A stretch of 64,000 nt of DNA from Thermoflexus hugenholtzii JAD2. GTDB taxonomy: Bacteria; Chloroflexota; UBA11872; UBA12225. Location: positions 3,159-67,158 of the forward strand of contig CAMDTO010000004.1 of the NCBI GenBank assembly GCA_945907765.1, given 5' to 3'. Positions 28,854 to 38,830 of this stretch are shown piece by piece. Position numbers and translations under genes: made by a program. Under the pieces are notes generated by a model, which searched no databases, was not told where the DNA came from, and saw only the letters and a program-made list of their open reading frames with translations. Numbering within the stretch: position 1 is the stretch's first letter; every line of letters begins with the position of its first letter.

Positions 28854-29629
28854 GGCGGACGGGCGTCGCCGGGCGTCCACCAGTCATCGGGATTACGGCG
28901 TCGCTGAACCCTGAACCGAATGCCCAGGTTGGCGTCCCGGTGGTTGGCGTTCGCGGGCCCGATATTGACGCGGTGCGACGCGCGGGTGGCATCGCGGTCC
29001 TGATTCCTCCCGTCGTCGATCTGTCGGATATCGACCAATTCCTTGATCGAGTTGATGGTCTGATCTTCGCGGGTGGGCCGGACATTGATCCCGGTGAGTA
29101 CGGGGAGGTCGCGATCAATGAGACGGTTGAACCAGCGCCCGAAGTGGACGCCTTCGAGTTGCCCTTGATGCGCCGGGCAATCGAAAGAGACTTTCCAATC
29201 CTTGCGTTGTGCCGGGGTTGCCAGGTTCTCGGTATCGCGATGGGTGGTGCCCTCTGGCAGGATCTACCTTCCCAGCGTGGCGTGGAGATACTGCATCGTC
29301 AGTATGAAACGAAGTCGCAACCCACTGCCCACGGCGTGGCAATCGTGCCCGGGACGAAATTGCACGATGTCCTGGAACTGGGACCGGAGACCGATCTGCG
29401 GGTGAACAGCCTGCATCACCAGGCCGTGAGGGTTGTGCCGGCCGGATTGGTCGCGTCCGCCCATGCGCCTGATGGGTGCATCGAGGCACTCGAGATGCCA
29501 GACCGTCGGTTCGTCCTTGGCGTGCAGTGGCATCCTGAATTCCTCGACGCGGAATACGAGGTCCACCATCGGCTGTTCAGGGCACTCGTGGAAGAGTCGC
29601 GGAGCCACGCCACATCCCGTCGCTCCTGA
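28850..29629 (+). CDS. second peptidase C26 / GATase-like paralogue (GTG start overlapping the upstream TGA)
   Basis: 'VIGITAS', 'FAGGPDIDPGEYGE', 'LALCRGCQVLG' and 'LGVQWHPEF'. The junction with the preceding gene reads GTGTGA (GTGA overlap). Confidence 0.8.
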   Translation: MRRTGVAGRPPVIGITASLNPEPNAQVGVPVVGVRGPDIDAVRRAGGIAVLIPPVVDLSDIDQFLDRVDGLIFAGGPDIDPGEYGEVAINETVEPAPEVDAFELPLMRRAIERDFPILALCRGCQVLGIAMGGALWQDLPSQRGVEILHRQYETKSQPTAHGVAIVPGTKLHDVLELGPETDLRVNSLHHQAVRVVPAGLVASAHAPDGCIEALEMPDRRFVLGVQWHPEFLDAEYEVHHRLFRALVEESRSHATSRRS

Positions 29630-29680
29630 TCAGCAGGTCCGACCACTCGCGTGTGACCGTCCTTGCTCCCCATGGTCTGA

Positions 29681-29708
29681 GAGGGGTGCGAGTTTGCGTG
29701 GCCCAACC
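29681..29708 (+). repeat. ~28-bp direct repeat, copy 1, in a convergent intergenic region
   Basis: 'gaggggtgcgagtttgcgtggcccaacc'. Confidence 0.6.
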
Positions 29709-29879
29709 AGCGGTGGTGAGTGGCATGGACCATGTGCCGAAAACTTTGGTGCGTAAGCGTGCAGGCACTTATCGCGGCGACGTGGTGGGTTGTTTGGATG
29801 GGACAGTAGGTCCCGCATCCAAGCATCGTGCGTGATGGGATGGGCCGGCGAGGGCGCCGGCGCTCCCAGGGAGTAGGTC

Positions 29880-29909
29880 GAGGGGTGTACGAGTTCGCTT
29901 GGCCCAACC
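29880..29909 (+). repeat. ~28-bp direct repeat, copy 2
   Basis: 'gaggggtgtacgagttcgcttggcccaacc' (a 2-nt indel plus 2 mismatches relative to copy 1). Confidence 0.6.
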
Positions 29910-29953
29910 GATGCTGTTCCGCGCCACGTGAGTAGGGCCGAAGCGGGTCGCGA

Positions 29954-31510
29954 TTACTGGTTTGTTTCTCCGTCAACCCGTTCGAGGAGAGAGACTGACT
30001 CCAAGTGGTAGGTCTGCGGAAAGATGTCGATGACCCCGGTTCGTGTCAGGCGGTAGCCCGATGCAATCAGGCGCTTCAGGTCGCGCGAGAGGGTTGAGGG
30101 TTCGCACGACACGTACACGATGCGGTCCGGTGCGAGGGTTGCGAGCGCGTCCAGCACGGCTGGTTCAACTCCCCGCCGTGGGGGATCCAGGATGACGGAC
30201 CTGTCAGGGACTGATGAACCCTTTGCAAGCCGAGGCAGGGCGGCCTCGACCGGTTCGTGATGGATGGCCACATTGGTATGGCCCAGGGCGGCGACGTTGT
30301 CGTACGCCCCGGCGACGGCTGAATCGTCGCTCTCGATTGCAACAACTGCTCCGGCGAATGGTGCGAGGTTGAGTGCGAACACTCCGACACCCGAGTATGC
30401 ATCGATGATCTGGCTGGTCTTTGTAGGTGCAAGCCATTCGCGTACACGGGCAACAAGACGGTCAGCGGCACCGAGATTCACCTGAAAGAATGCGCCTGGG
30501 GGGACGGCAAGGATCTGGCCACCCATCTCATAGGCGAGGGTTGGGAATCCCCAGAGAAGCGTTCCGCGATCATGTCGGCCTCGGGCAACCATGATCGCCG
30601 CGAGATCTGGGACAGACTTCACCGTAGCGTCGACGAACGCCCGCATGTCCCGCTTCGACACCGGCGACCGGCACACCACGGTTACCTGGATGCCGTACCC
30701 GATTCCTTGTTCGTCCCGAACGGGGCCCGGTGGCATCAAGCGCCCTTGGATGGGTTTTGGCGCCATTTCGCGGAGGCGGGTCGCGACCATCGGCATGCCG
30801 GGGATTGGCGGGGCGTGACGCAGGATGATCGCGTCGAGGCGTTCCCACGTCTCCTCGGGAATGAGCGCCCAGGGCATGATCTCGATCGCGCGGTTGATGT
30901 CCTTGGACGCAATCGCGCAGACATCAATCGGCACCATGCCTTGGGCGTGCGCAACCTGGTAATTCAGCGAGCGTTCGCCCTTTGGCCCGAAACCGGGCAC
31001 GAGTTGCACGCTGTTGCGGTAATTCCATGGGTTTGGCGACCCGACCGCGGGGACCATTGGTGGATCATCAATGCCAGCAAGACGGCGCAACTGATCTCGC
31101 AGGACCTGGGTCTTGTAACGTAGCTGCGCCTCGTAGTCGGCGTGTTGCCAGTGGCACCCACCGCACAGGCCGAAATGGGGGCACGGCGGTTCCGTCCGGT
31201 CTGGCGACGCTGCCGTGACTGAAAGCGTCAATCCCCTCAAGTACGAGGGCTTGCGTTCGGTGATGAGGGCGTGAACTTTCTCGTCTGGCAGGGCGCCAGA
31301 GATGAAAGCGATTTGCCCATCGACGCGACCAACCGCCTCACCGCCGTGACTTACCCCGTGAAGGGGGAGGTCGACTTCGTAGGGATCCTCAAGCGTGCGG
31401 CGCCGAACCGGTGGAGGAGCTGGTTCGCCATCATTTTCGGGGTCATCCCCAAGGAATCGGGCATCCAGGTCCTGGGTTCTGGGGCGTCCGGGTCCGTCCG
31501 TGCTATCCAT
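29954..31510 (-). CDS. TRAM-domain 23S rRNA (uracil-C5)-methyltransferase, RlmD/RumA family
   Basis: Fe-S cluster cysteines 'CPHFGLCGGCHWQH', SAM motif 'IIDAYSGVGVFAL' and catalytic 'VYVSCEPSTLSRD'. It overlaps the end of gatB by 8 nt. Confidence 0.8.
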   Translation of the reverse strand: MDSTDGPGRPRTQDLDARFLGDDPENDGEPAPPPVRRRTLEDPYEVDLPLHGVSHGGEAVGRVDGQIAFISGALPDEKVHALITERKPSYLRGLTLSVTAASPDRTEPPCPHFGLCGGCHWQHADYEAQLRYKTQVLRDQLRRLAGIDDPPMVPAVGSPNPWNYRNSVQLVPGFGPKGERSLNYQVAHAQGMVPIDVCAIASKDINRAIEIMPWALIPEETWERLDAIILRHAPPIPGMPMVATRLREMAPKPIQGRLMPPGPVRDEQGIGYGIQVTVVCRSPVSKRDMRAFVDATVKSVPDLAAIMVARGRHDRGTLLWGFPTLAYEMGGQILAVPPGAFFQVNLGAADRLVARVREWLAPTKTSQIIDAYSGVGVFALNLAPFAGAVVAIESDDSAVAGAYDNVAALGHTNVAIHHEPVEAALPRLAKGSSVPDRSVILDPPRRGVEPAVLDALATLAPDRIVYVSCEPSTLSRDLKRLIASGYRLTRTGVIDIFPQTYHLESVSLLERVDGETNQ

Positions 31511-32990
31511 CGAGTTGCTGCTTGAGAAGTTCGTTCACGAGGCCTGGGTTGCCTTTCCCGCGCGTTGCCTTCATCACTGCCCCGACAAGGAAACCCATAG
31601 CGGTTGCCTTCCCGGCACGGTAATCGGCGACGGCCTTGGGGTTGGATGCAATGGCGTCGGCCACGGCGGTGGTTAGGGCGTCGGTATCCGATACCTGTCC
31701 GAGGCCCCGTTGCTGGACGATCTCGCGGGGCATCGACCCCGTGTTGACCGCTTCCTCGAGGACTTCGGGCGCAGTACGCACACTGATCGTACCCGTGTCC
31801 AACAGTTTGATGAGGTCTGCAAGATGCGCGGGGGTCAGGAGGATCTGATCGATCTCGGCGCCAGTGGTGCCCAGGATTCGAAGGACATCCCGGGTGATCC
31901 AGTTCGCGGCGGCGCGGGCGTTGTCGGAAAGGTTCACGGTCTGCTCGAAATACTCGGCGAGTGCGCGCGTCTGTGTCAGGGTGTCTGCAACGTCGGAAGT
32001 CATCCCGTATGCGTTGGCGAATCGATGACGCTTGGCGTCGGGAAGTTCCGGGAGGAGCGACCGCAACCTTTCCACTTCGGCCGCTGGGGTGATGATTGGC
32101 GGAAGGTCGGGTTCGGGGAAGTAGCGGTAATCATGCGCCGCCTCCTTGCTGCGCTGCGTCACCGTGATGGCCCGGTCGTCAACCCAGCCCCGCGTCTCCT
32201 GGACGATCCGGCCGCCAGCATCGAGGATGTCGCGTTGACGCACCATCTCGAACTCGATGGCCCGGACGACCGACCGGAACGAGTTCATGTTCTTGACTTC
32301 GACCTTGGCACCATATTCGGCCTGGCCCCACGGACGCAGGGAGACATTTGCGTCGCAACGGAACGCACCCTCGTCCATGTTTGCGGTGGAGACGCCGAGA
32401 TAGCGGAGGATCTGGCGCACGGCGCGCAGGTATGAACCGGCTTCGTCGGCGGTGCGGAGGTCAGGATCGCCGACGATTTCCATGAGAGGAACGCCGGCAC
32501 GGTTGACGTCCATTAGGGAGTAGGTCTCGCCGCTGCTGTCGCGCACGTGCTTGAGGGTTGCGGTGTCTTCCTCGAGATGGACCCGTGTGATTCCAGCGCG
32601 ACGCATCTGCCCGGGATTGGCAGGATCATCGAATTCGAGCCAACCGGCTTGCGAGAAAGGCAGGTCGAACTGGCTGATCTGGTAGCCCTTCATGAGGTCG
32701 GGGTAGTTGTAGTTCTTGCGGTCGAACTTGCTGAATTCGGGAATCTCGCAGTTTAAGGCAAGGGCGGTGATGATCGTCGCCTCGACAGCGGTGCGGTTCA
32801 TGACGGGTAGCGAACCCGGCATTCCCAGGCACACCGGGCAGACGAGGGTATTGGGAGGGGCGCCCGAGTAGCGCGAGGAACAGCCGCAGAACATCTTGCT
32901 TTCGGTCACGACTTGTGCATGGACCTCGAGCCCGATGACTACCTCGTAATCCGTGGCCGGTGACGTCCCGGCATGATGTGTTCCTGTCAT
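31503..32990 (-). CDS. gatB: Asp/Glu-tRNA amidotransferase subunit B (start 32990 or 33002)
   Basis: 'YEVVIGLEVHAQV', 'KMFCGC', 'CPVCLGMPGSLPV', 'RCDANVSLRP' and a C-terminal YqeY-like tail. Confidence 0.9.
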   Translation of the reverse strand: MTGTHHAGTSPATDYEVVIGLEVHAQVVTESKMFCGCSSRYSGAPPNTLVCPVCLGMPGSLPVMNRTAVEATIITALALNCEIPEFSKFDRKNYNYPDLMKGYQISQFDLPFSQAGWLEFDDPANPGQMRRAGITRVHLEEDTATLKHVRDSSGETYSLMDVNRAGVPLMEIVGDPDLRTADEAGSYLRAVRQILRYLGVSTANMDEGAFRCDANVSLRPWGQAEYGAKVEVKNMNSFRSVVRAIEFEMVRQRDILDAGGRIVQETRGWVDDRAITVTQRSKEAAHDYRYFPEPDLPPIITPAAEVERLRSLLPELPDAKRHRFANAYGMTSDVADTLTQTRALAEYFEQTVNLSDNARAAANWITRDVLRILGTTGAEIDQILLTPAHLADLIKLLDTGTISVRTAPEVLEEAVNTGSMPREIVQQRGLGQVSDTDALTTAVADAIASNPKAVADYRAGKATAMGFLVGAVMKATRGKGNPGLVNELLKQQLDG

Positions 32991-33102
32991 TTCGTGACCC
33001 ATTCCCGTGTCGAGAGGTGGGAACCCTCTGGAAGGTGCGTCGATACCCCAAGACAAACGTCTGCAAGCATGGATGGCGCATGGTGGCCCAAGCCGAGCAT
33101 CT

Positions 33103-34329
33103 TTATGTAGCCCCCTGCCCATGCCCCAGCGGGCGAGGTGTGAACCCGTCTACACGGCCGAGGAAGCGCGACATTCGATCGAGGGCTTCTTCTAGATGCG
33201 TGGTGCTGGTTGCATAGCACATGCGGACGTGCCCTTCCCCACTCGGCCCGAAGACCGAACCCGGGATGGCAGCCACGTGTTCCTCTTGGAGGAGCCGGTT
33301 TGCGAACTCGTCGCTCGTCAGTCCGGTTCCGGTGATGTCCGGGAACACGTAGAACGCGCCTTGTGGTCGGGCGCAACGAAGACCAATCCGGTTGAGGCCA
33401 TCCACGATGAGCGTGCGTCGGCGGGAGTATTCGGCGAGCATGGTCTGGACGTCTGGTTCCCCGTTGCGGAGCGCCTCGATGCCGGCGTACTGGGCCATTG
33501 TCGGCGCACTCAGCATGCCGTACTGGTGGACCTTCATCATCGCTTCCACCAGATGATGGGGGGCGCACGCGTAGCCAAGGCGCCAACCAGTCATGGCGTA
33601 GGCCTTGGAGAACCCATTGAGAAGGATGGTCCGTTCCCATGCACCCGCCAGCGAAGCGACGCAGGTGTGCGTCCATCCGTCGTAGACCAGGCGCGCATAG
33701 ATTTCGTCCGAGACAAGCAGCAGGTCGTGCTTGACTGCAAGCCGGACGATTGCCTCGAGGTCGGCGCGCGAAACTGCCCCGCCCGTGGGGTTGTTGGGGT
33801 AGCCGAGGACGATCACCTTAGTCCGTGGGGTAACGGCGGCCTCGATGGCGGAGGCGGTGATCGCGAAGCCATCGATGTCGTGCGTTGGCACATGCACCGG
33901 CACTCCGCCCGCAAGGGAGACGCACGGCGCGTAACAGACATAACTCGGTTCCGGGATGATGACTTCATCGCCGATGTCAACCGTTGCCCGGATGGCGAGG
34001 TCGAATGCCTCGGAAACCCCCGTGGTCACGATGATCTCGTCATCCGCGTGGTAGGTGGCCCCGAACCGGTTCGAGAGATCGCTGGCGATCAGGACCCGCA
34101 ACTCGGCCAGTCCCCGGTTCGAGGTATAGCCGGTCTTCCCCCGGTCCAGGGATGCCTTTGCCGCTTCACGGATGTGTTCGGGCGTGACGAAATCCGGTTC
34201 ACCAACGCCGAGGGAGATGATGTCGGGCATCGTCGCCGCAACATCGAAGAATTTCCTGATCCCTGACGGTGGAATCGCCTCCACGCGGGCGGACACGAAA
34301 TTTCTGGGTGCGCGGTGCGGGTGGCTCAT
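33103..34329 (-). CDS. class I/II PLP-dependent aminotransferase (aspartate aminotransferase-like)
   Basis: '[11 protein letters not shown]', 'GYPNNPTG' and the PLP-lysine motif '[16 protein letters not shown]'. The ATG overlaps the gatA stop (ATGA). Confidence 0.85.
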   Translation of the reverse strand: MSHPHRAPRNFVSARVEAIPPSGIRKFFDVAATMPDIISLGVGEPDFVTPEHIREAAKASLDRGKTGYTSNRGLAELRVLIASDLSNRFGATYHADDEIIVTTGVSEAFDLAIRATVDIGDEVIIPEPSYVCYAPCVSLAGGVPVHVPTHDIDGFAITASAIEAAVTPRTKVIVLGYPNNPTGGAVSRADLEAIVRLAVKHDLLLVSDEIYARLVYDGWTHTCVASLAGAWERTILLNGFSKAYAMTGWRLGYACAPHHLVEAMMKVHQYGMLSAPTMAQYAGIEALRNGEPDVQTMLAEYSRRRTLIVDGLNRIGLRCARPQGAFYVFPDITGTGLTSDEFANRLLQEEHVAAIPGSVFGPSGEGHVRMCYATSTTHLEEALDRMSRFLGRVDGFTPRPLGHGQGAT

Positions 34330-35957
34330 GCGTGTGGTGCCCGCTGTGGTCCGCCGGCGGCGTTGCCCGCCCCCATCGCCGCCTGATTTACAGACGCTTC
34401 ACTGTCCGCCTGTTCCGCCAGGGGTGGGCGTTGCCGGTGGAAACTGGTCGCTTCCTCATAGGCGAATGCCGCGCGGAAGAGGGTTGCCTCGTCGAATGCC
34501 TTGCCGATGAGTTGCAATCCGACGGGTAGGCCCTGGTGGTCGAACCCGCATGGAACGCTGATACCCGGGAGTCCGGCGACGTTCACCGGGATGGTGCAGA
34601 CGTCAGACAGGTACATCGCGAGGGGGTCGTCGGTACGGGCACCCATCTTGAACGCCACGGTTGGCGAAACTGGCGAGGCGATCACATCCACTGATGCGAA
34701 TGCGTTGTCGAAGTCCGCCTTGATGAGCGTCCTGACCTGCTGGGCTTTGCGGTAGTAGGCGTCGTAGTAGCCCGAGGACAGTGCGTAGGTGCCAAGCATG
34801 ATCCGTCGCTTCGGTTCGTTCCCGAAGCCTCGCTGACGGGTGGCGTCCATCGCACGGGTCATGTCGACTTCATCGAGTGCGGCAAGGCCGTACTTGATGC
34901 CGTTGTACCGGGACAGGTTGCTGCTCGCTTCGGCCGGGGCAATGATGTAGTAGGTTGCGAGGCCGTGTTCGGAGTACGGCAGTGAGACCGGGTGGACGGT
35001 TGCGCCGAGGCTAGTGAGGGTCTGGATGGCCTCGCGGACGAGTCGCTCCACGTCCGGTTCCATGCCCGCGGTGAAGTACTCGGCGGGAACCCCGATGCGG
35101 AGCCCCTTGACGCCGTCCCGGATCGTCGAGCGGTAGTCTGGCACGGCGAACGGCGCAGTCGTGGCGTCCATCGGGTCCGCGCCAGCGATTGCCTGGAGGA
35201 CCATCGCCGATCCCTCGACACCGATCGAGAACGGCCCCACTTGGTCAAGTGATGACGCGAAGGCGACGACCCCATAGCGTGAGACCCGACCGTAGGTAGG
35301 CTTGAGCCCGGTCACTGAACACAGGGACGCCGGTTGGCGGATTGACCCCCCGGTATCGGTACCGAGCGAGAGGATGGCCTGGCCCGCGGACACGGCGGCG
35401 GCGGATCCGCCTGATGACCCACCCGGCACGCGGCTGACGTCCCAAGGGTTGTGCGTTGGGTGGTAGCCGGAGTTCTCGGTACTGGACCCCATGGCGAACT
35501 CATCCATGTTCGCCTTCCCGACGAAGACAGCGCCGGCCGCGCGCAAGCGGGCCACGACCGTGGCGTCGTATGGCGGAATGAAGCCTTCGAGGATGCGTGA
35601 TCCCGCCGTCGTCTGGACGCCGGTGGTGCAGAAGAGGTCCTTGAGGGCGACTGGAATGCCGGTGAGTGGAGGCGTTGCGCCCGGATCACTGCCACCCAGC
35701 GCGACATCGGCGGCGCGCGCCTGCGCCAGCGCCTCGTCGGCGGTCACGGTAATGAAGGAGCGCACCTGGCTCTCCGTGCGTTCGATCTGGCCGAGGACGG
35801 CGTGTGCCAGTTCGGTCGCGGAAATCTGCCTGCGGACCAATAGGTCCCGGGCTTCGGGCGCAGTCAGTGCGGTCAGGTCGCCGGATATGCCCACCAGGTG
35901 TTCCCTCGTCACGTGCATGTGTCGGGTGTGACCAGCCGGTTGGCCGGGCGCGCCCAT
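34326..35957 (-). CDS. gatA: Asp/Glu-tRNA amidotransferase subunit A (start uncertain: 35978, 35957 or 35918)
   Basis: Amidase signature '[14 protein letters not shown]...[13 protein letters not shown]'. AGGAG lies 11 nt upstream of the ATG at 35957. Confidence 0.9.
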   Translation of the reverse strand: MGAPGQPAGHTRHMHVTREHLVGISGDLTALTAPEARDLLVRRQISATELAHAVLGQIERTESQVRSFITVTADEALAQARAADVALGGSDPGATPPLTGIPVALKDLFCTTGVQTTAGSRILEGFIPPYDATVVARLRAAGAVFVGKANMDEFAMGSSTENSGYHPTHNPWDVSRVPGGSSGGSAAAVSAGQAILSLGTDTGGSIRQPASLCSVTGLKPTYGRVSRYGVVAFASSLDQVGPFSIGVEGSAMVLQAIAGADPMDATTAPFAVPDYRSTIRDGVKGLRIGVPAEYFTAGMEPDVERLVREAIQTLTSLGATVHPVSLPYSEHGLATYYIIAPAEASSNLSRYNGIKYGLAALDEVDMTRAMDATRQRGFGNEPKRRIMLGTYALSSGYYDAYYRKAQQVRTLIKADFDNAFASVDVIASPVSPTVAFKMGARTDDPLAMYLSDVCTIPVNVAGLPGISVPCGFDHQGLPVGLQLIGKAFDEATLFRAAFAYEEATSFHRQRPPLAEQADSEASVNQAAMGAGNAAGGPQRAPHA

Positions 35958-36076
35958 GAGTCCGAATTCTCCTACCATCCCGTGCGCCGCGATTGCCGGT
36001 CAGAATGCGCCACCTCCTGCCCCGTCCCCCTTGCGACTGGAGAGAGGAGTGAGTGTCGCGTGCATGGGGAAGGCGC

Positions 36077-36367
36077 TTATGTCTCGAGTACCGCCTGCAC
36101 CCTGAAGAAGCCATCTTCCTGCCGAGGGGCGTTGGCGAGGACCTGTTCACGGGGAAGAGACGGCCGTGCGACATCGTCCCGCATGACCGAATGGATATTG
36201 AAAACCTGGGCGGTCGGCGAGATCCCCGTGGTGTCAAGTGCATGCAGGGCCCGGAAGTGTTCAAGGACATCGGACAACTGTTCCGCGAACCGCGAACGAT
36301 CCTCGGCGGTGATCCCCAATCGGGCGAGGGTTGCGACGTGGTCGACGTCTTCGGGGGTCAGGTTCAT
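36077..36367 (-). CDS. gatC: Asp/Glu-tRNA amidotransferase subunit C
   Basis: '[36 protein letters not shown]'. Confidence 0.9.
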   Translation of the reverse strand: MNLTPEDVDHVATLARLGITAEDRSRFAEQLSDVLEHFRALHALDTTGISPTAQVFNIHSVMRDDVARPSLPREQVLANAPRQEDGFFRVQAVLET

Positions 36368-36768
36368 AGTCCGAACCTCAAGCTGTCGACGCCTTTGCTT
36401 CTAGTTGCTTCGCTCATGGTGCTTCCGGTATGCAAGTGATCGTATCTCCGGCCCCGATGGGGACCGCTCGGCCGCCAGTCCCAGATTCACCTGCGCCTGG
36501 ACTGGCCCGGACGTGTGGTTTGCCCTGGACGGCGACCCGGCTCAGGATTCGCTTGGTCGCGACCTAGATGACACCGGTCCTTCCCGGCACTGGCCGTCTC
36601 GGTTACCCGGTATCGTGTCCCTAAGGGTACCGTGAGGCCGCCATGTCCGCGGCTATTCCGGTCACCTATCGTCTGGCCGGCCGGCCGACGCTCCGAGTGC
36701 GTCAGAACAGCGCCGGGGTGGGGGTGTCGTGCCCACGCCTCAATTCGTCGCCCAGTCCAGTTGCTGGG

Positions 36769-37344
36769 TCAGAAACCTTTCGAATACGGGTCGGGGTCGT
36801 TTCCGCTGGCTTCGTTGCCAATGGTCCCCATAGAGGACGCCCGATGGTGTTCGATTTCCTCGCCGTGGGCGATTGCCCACGAGGACAGGGCGGAGACCGG
36901 GTCGATGAGCGTGCGCCCCAACGGGGTCAGTTCCTACTCGAACGGTGGTGGGACGTCGGGGAAGATGGTTCGTCGCACGAGGCCGTCACGCTCCAAACTC
37001 CGCAACGTGAGCGTGAGCATTCGCTGCGAAATCCCAACGACGATCCGGAGGTGTTCACCAAACCGGAAGATGCCCTTTGCGAGGATCCGGACGATGAGCA
37101 GAGACCACTTGTCACCGAGAAGTGCAAATGTGTCCCGGATGATCCGGTACTCTGCCGTCTGCCCGAACTGCGCTAGTCGGTCCCGCGGCGCACTGGCGGG
37201 TTGGCAGTCCGTAACGGCGAACCACCCAGACAGGTTGACTTGTGCCCCATCGTTCCCTCCGTGTGCCGTAGGCACCTTCTTGTGCCGTCTTGCGGTTGCC
37301 AGACCCATTACCGACAGTTTGGTTAGTCGTAAAGAGTCACCCAT
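36769..37344 (-). pseudogene. HxlR-family winged-helix regulator interrupted by an in-frame TAG (36934-36936)
   Basis: 'LLGDKWSLLIV...FGEHLRIVVGISQRMLTLTLRSLERDGLVRRTIFPDVPPPFE' is followed by TAG. The same frame then continues 'ELTPLGRTLIDPVSALSSWAIAHG' to a TGA at 36769. The TAG falls where the family has the conserved Tyr of 'VEYSLT'. Confidence 0.8.
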
Positions 37345-37526
37345 GCATGGTAGGGAGCTCGTGGCGTGTCAGCAAGCGAGGGCTAGAAAGCGGCTGAAGG
37401 ACGAGGCGTGGCAACAGGGTTGATGGCAAAGGTTGGCGCCATCTTGCGGGCAATCTGGGGGATCCTGCACATCTGGGTCGGATACGAGGGTGTCCATCGA
37501 TACACGAGTGCGGGCGTCCGGGGACA

Positions 37527-37886
37527 GTGGTCGACGCTGATCGGTGGGAAGCGAGCGTACCGCGGGAAACCTTCCAATACGCCACGGATGCGGCGACCGC
37601 CTTCGCGCAGTCGCAACTGATCCTGAACTTCTGCCTTGACGTCGGCGGTTACGGCGTCCTCGGCCTGTTCATCGCGTGGATGATCTGGGCGCATGCCTCG
37701 TGGATGGCGTACCTGATCGGCCTCGTTGCAATCGGGATCGGCGATCTGGCGTTCCTGTTCGCACTCGTGACGTCGGGGGTGATCGAGTATTCGTTCGCGG
37801 TCTTTCTCGGACCGTTGGTCTGGTTCATCGCCGTTGTGGTGACGCCAGTCGGACTGCCTTCGTTGCGTTCAAGCCGGACGACGTAG
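37527..37886 (+). CDS. small polytopic membrane protein (possibly the 3' part of a frameshifted gene starting near 37408)
   Basis: Three hydrophobic helices ('GGYGVLGLFIAWMIW', 'MAYLIGLVAIGIGDLAFLFALV', 'FAVFLGPLVWFIAVVV'). It is divergent from the HxlR gene. Confidence 0.5.
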   Translation: MVDADRWEASVPRETFQYATDAATAFAQSQLILNFCLDVGGYGVLGLFIAWMIWAHASWMAYLIGLVAIGIGDLAFLFALVTSGVIEYSFAVFLGPLVWFIAVVVTPVGLPSLRSSRTT

Positions 37887-37903
37887 TGGCCGCGTGGCAC
37901 GGG

Positions 37904-38785
37904 TCAGAGGTTGCCGGTGAGGACTTCTGGCCCGGTTGGCCCCGGCGATCCTTGGGCAGGTTCGCGGGTTACCTGAACCAGTTTCACGCGGTTGAGTGAC
38001 TGCCCGTGGAGGTCAATGACCAGGAACCCCTGTCCTTGATGGTCGACAGTGAAGGTGCCACCGCTGAAGCGTCCAGCACCGTCGATGAGAGCGGCCCACA
38101 GTTGGTAGCAGGACCCTTCCCCAGTCGTGGGCAGGTTGTAGGTGATCAGGACGGCGCGATTGCTTTCCGGGATGACCGCGAGGCGTCCGGTAGACCGGGG
38201 GGCACGATCGGTTCCCGCGAGGGTCCGGGTGACGGCACCGGGGTGGTAGACGAGGATGAGGGTTTCGGCAAGGCGAGAAGTAACCAACGCATTCTGCGTC
38301 TTCTGCGAATGAAGAAGCGTCGAGTATCCAAGACTGGCTATGCACATCGCGAGTGACCCAACGGTCACGATGGCCCCGACGCGCCGGTGGTTGAACCATG
38401 CAATGAGCGGCGAGAACGGACTTGCGTCGCGTGATGCGCCTTGGTGCGTGCCACTCATCACCGCAGTTGAGATGCGTACCTGCCGGATAATGGCACGACC
38501 AAGGTGCTCGGGCGGGCTGATCTGCTTCGCAGTCCCGGCGAGGGTCTCGATAACCGGTTCGAGCGACTGCGTCTCACGCTGGCACTTCAGGCACCACCGG
38601 AGGTGAACCTCGAAGGGCGCCCGATCAGCGGTGGGCATTGAACCGATCAGGTAGTGCATGACATCGCCGGGACACTCGACGGGGCGGGCAGTGCTGACCG
38701 CGGACCCGAGGTGGGATTGAACGATGCGTGACAGACGCGCCAGCACGCCGGGTTCGCGCCATGAAGGCGGTCCGGTCATCGCCAC
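37904..38785 (-). CDS. anti-sigma factor (zf-HC2 N-terminus, RskA-like C-terminal domain)
   Basis: 'HLRWCLKCQRE' zinc-finger motif, a central TM helix and C-terminal 'YQLWAALIDG...GGTFTVD'. It lies downstream of an ECF sigma gene. Confidence 0.75.
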   Translation of the reverse strand: MAMTGPPSWREPGVLARLSRIVQSHLGSAVSTARPVECPGDVMHYLIGSMPTADRAPFEVHLRWCLKCQRETQSLEPVIETLAGTAKQISPPEHLGRAIIRQVRISTAVMSGTHQGASRDASPFSPLIAWFNHRRVGAIVTVGSLAMCIASLGYSTLLHSQKTQNALVTSRLAETLILVYHPGAVTRTLAGTDRAPRSTGRLAVIPESNRAVLITYNLPTTGEGSCYQLWAALIDGAGRFSGGTFTVDHQGQGFLVIDLHGQSLNRVKLVQVTREPAQGSPGPTGPEVLTGNL

Positions 38786-38830
38786 GGGTTGGCCTCTCGA
38801 GGGTGCCCTAGTTTCATCGATCAGTGCTCG

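Noticed and set aside
36368-36768. A 400-bp gap between the HxlR pseudogene and gatC, examined for a structured RNA gene (RNase P, SRP, 6S, T-box).
   Set aside because: I found none of the conserved boxes I know (RNase P 'GAGGAAAGTCC', SRP 'GGAAG...CAGC' hairpin, T-box). I cannot exclude an sRNA without a covariance-model search.
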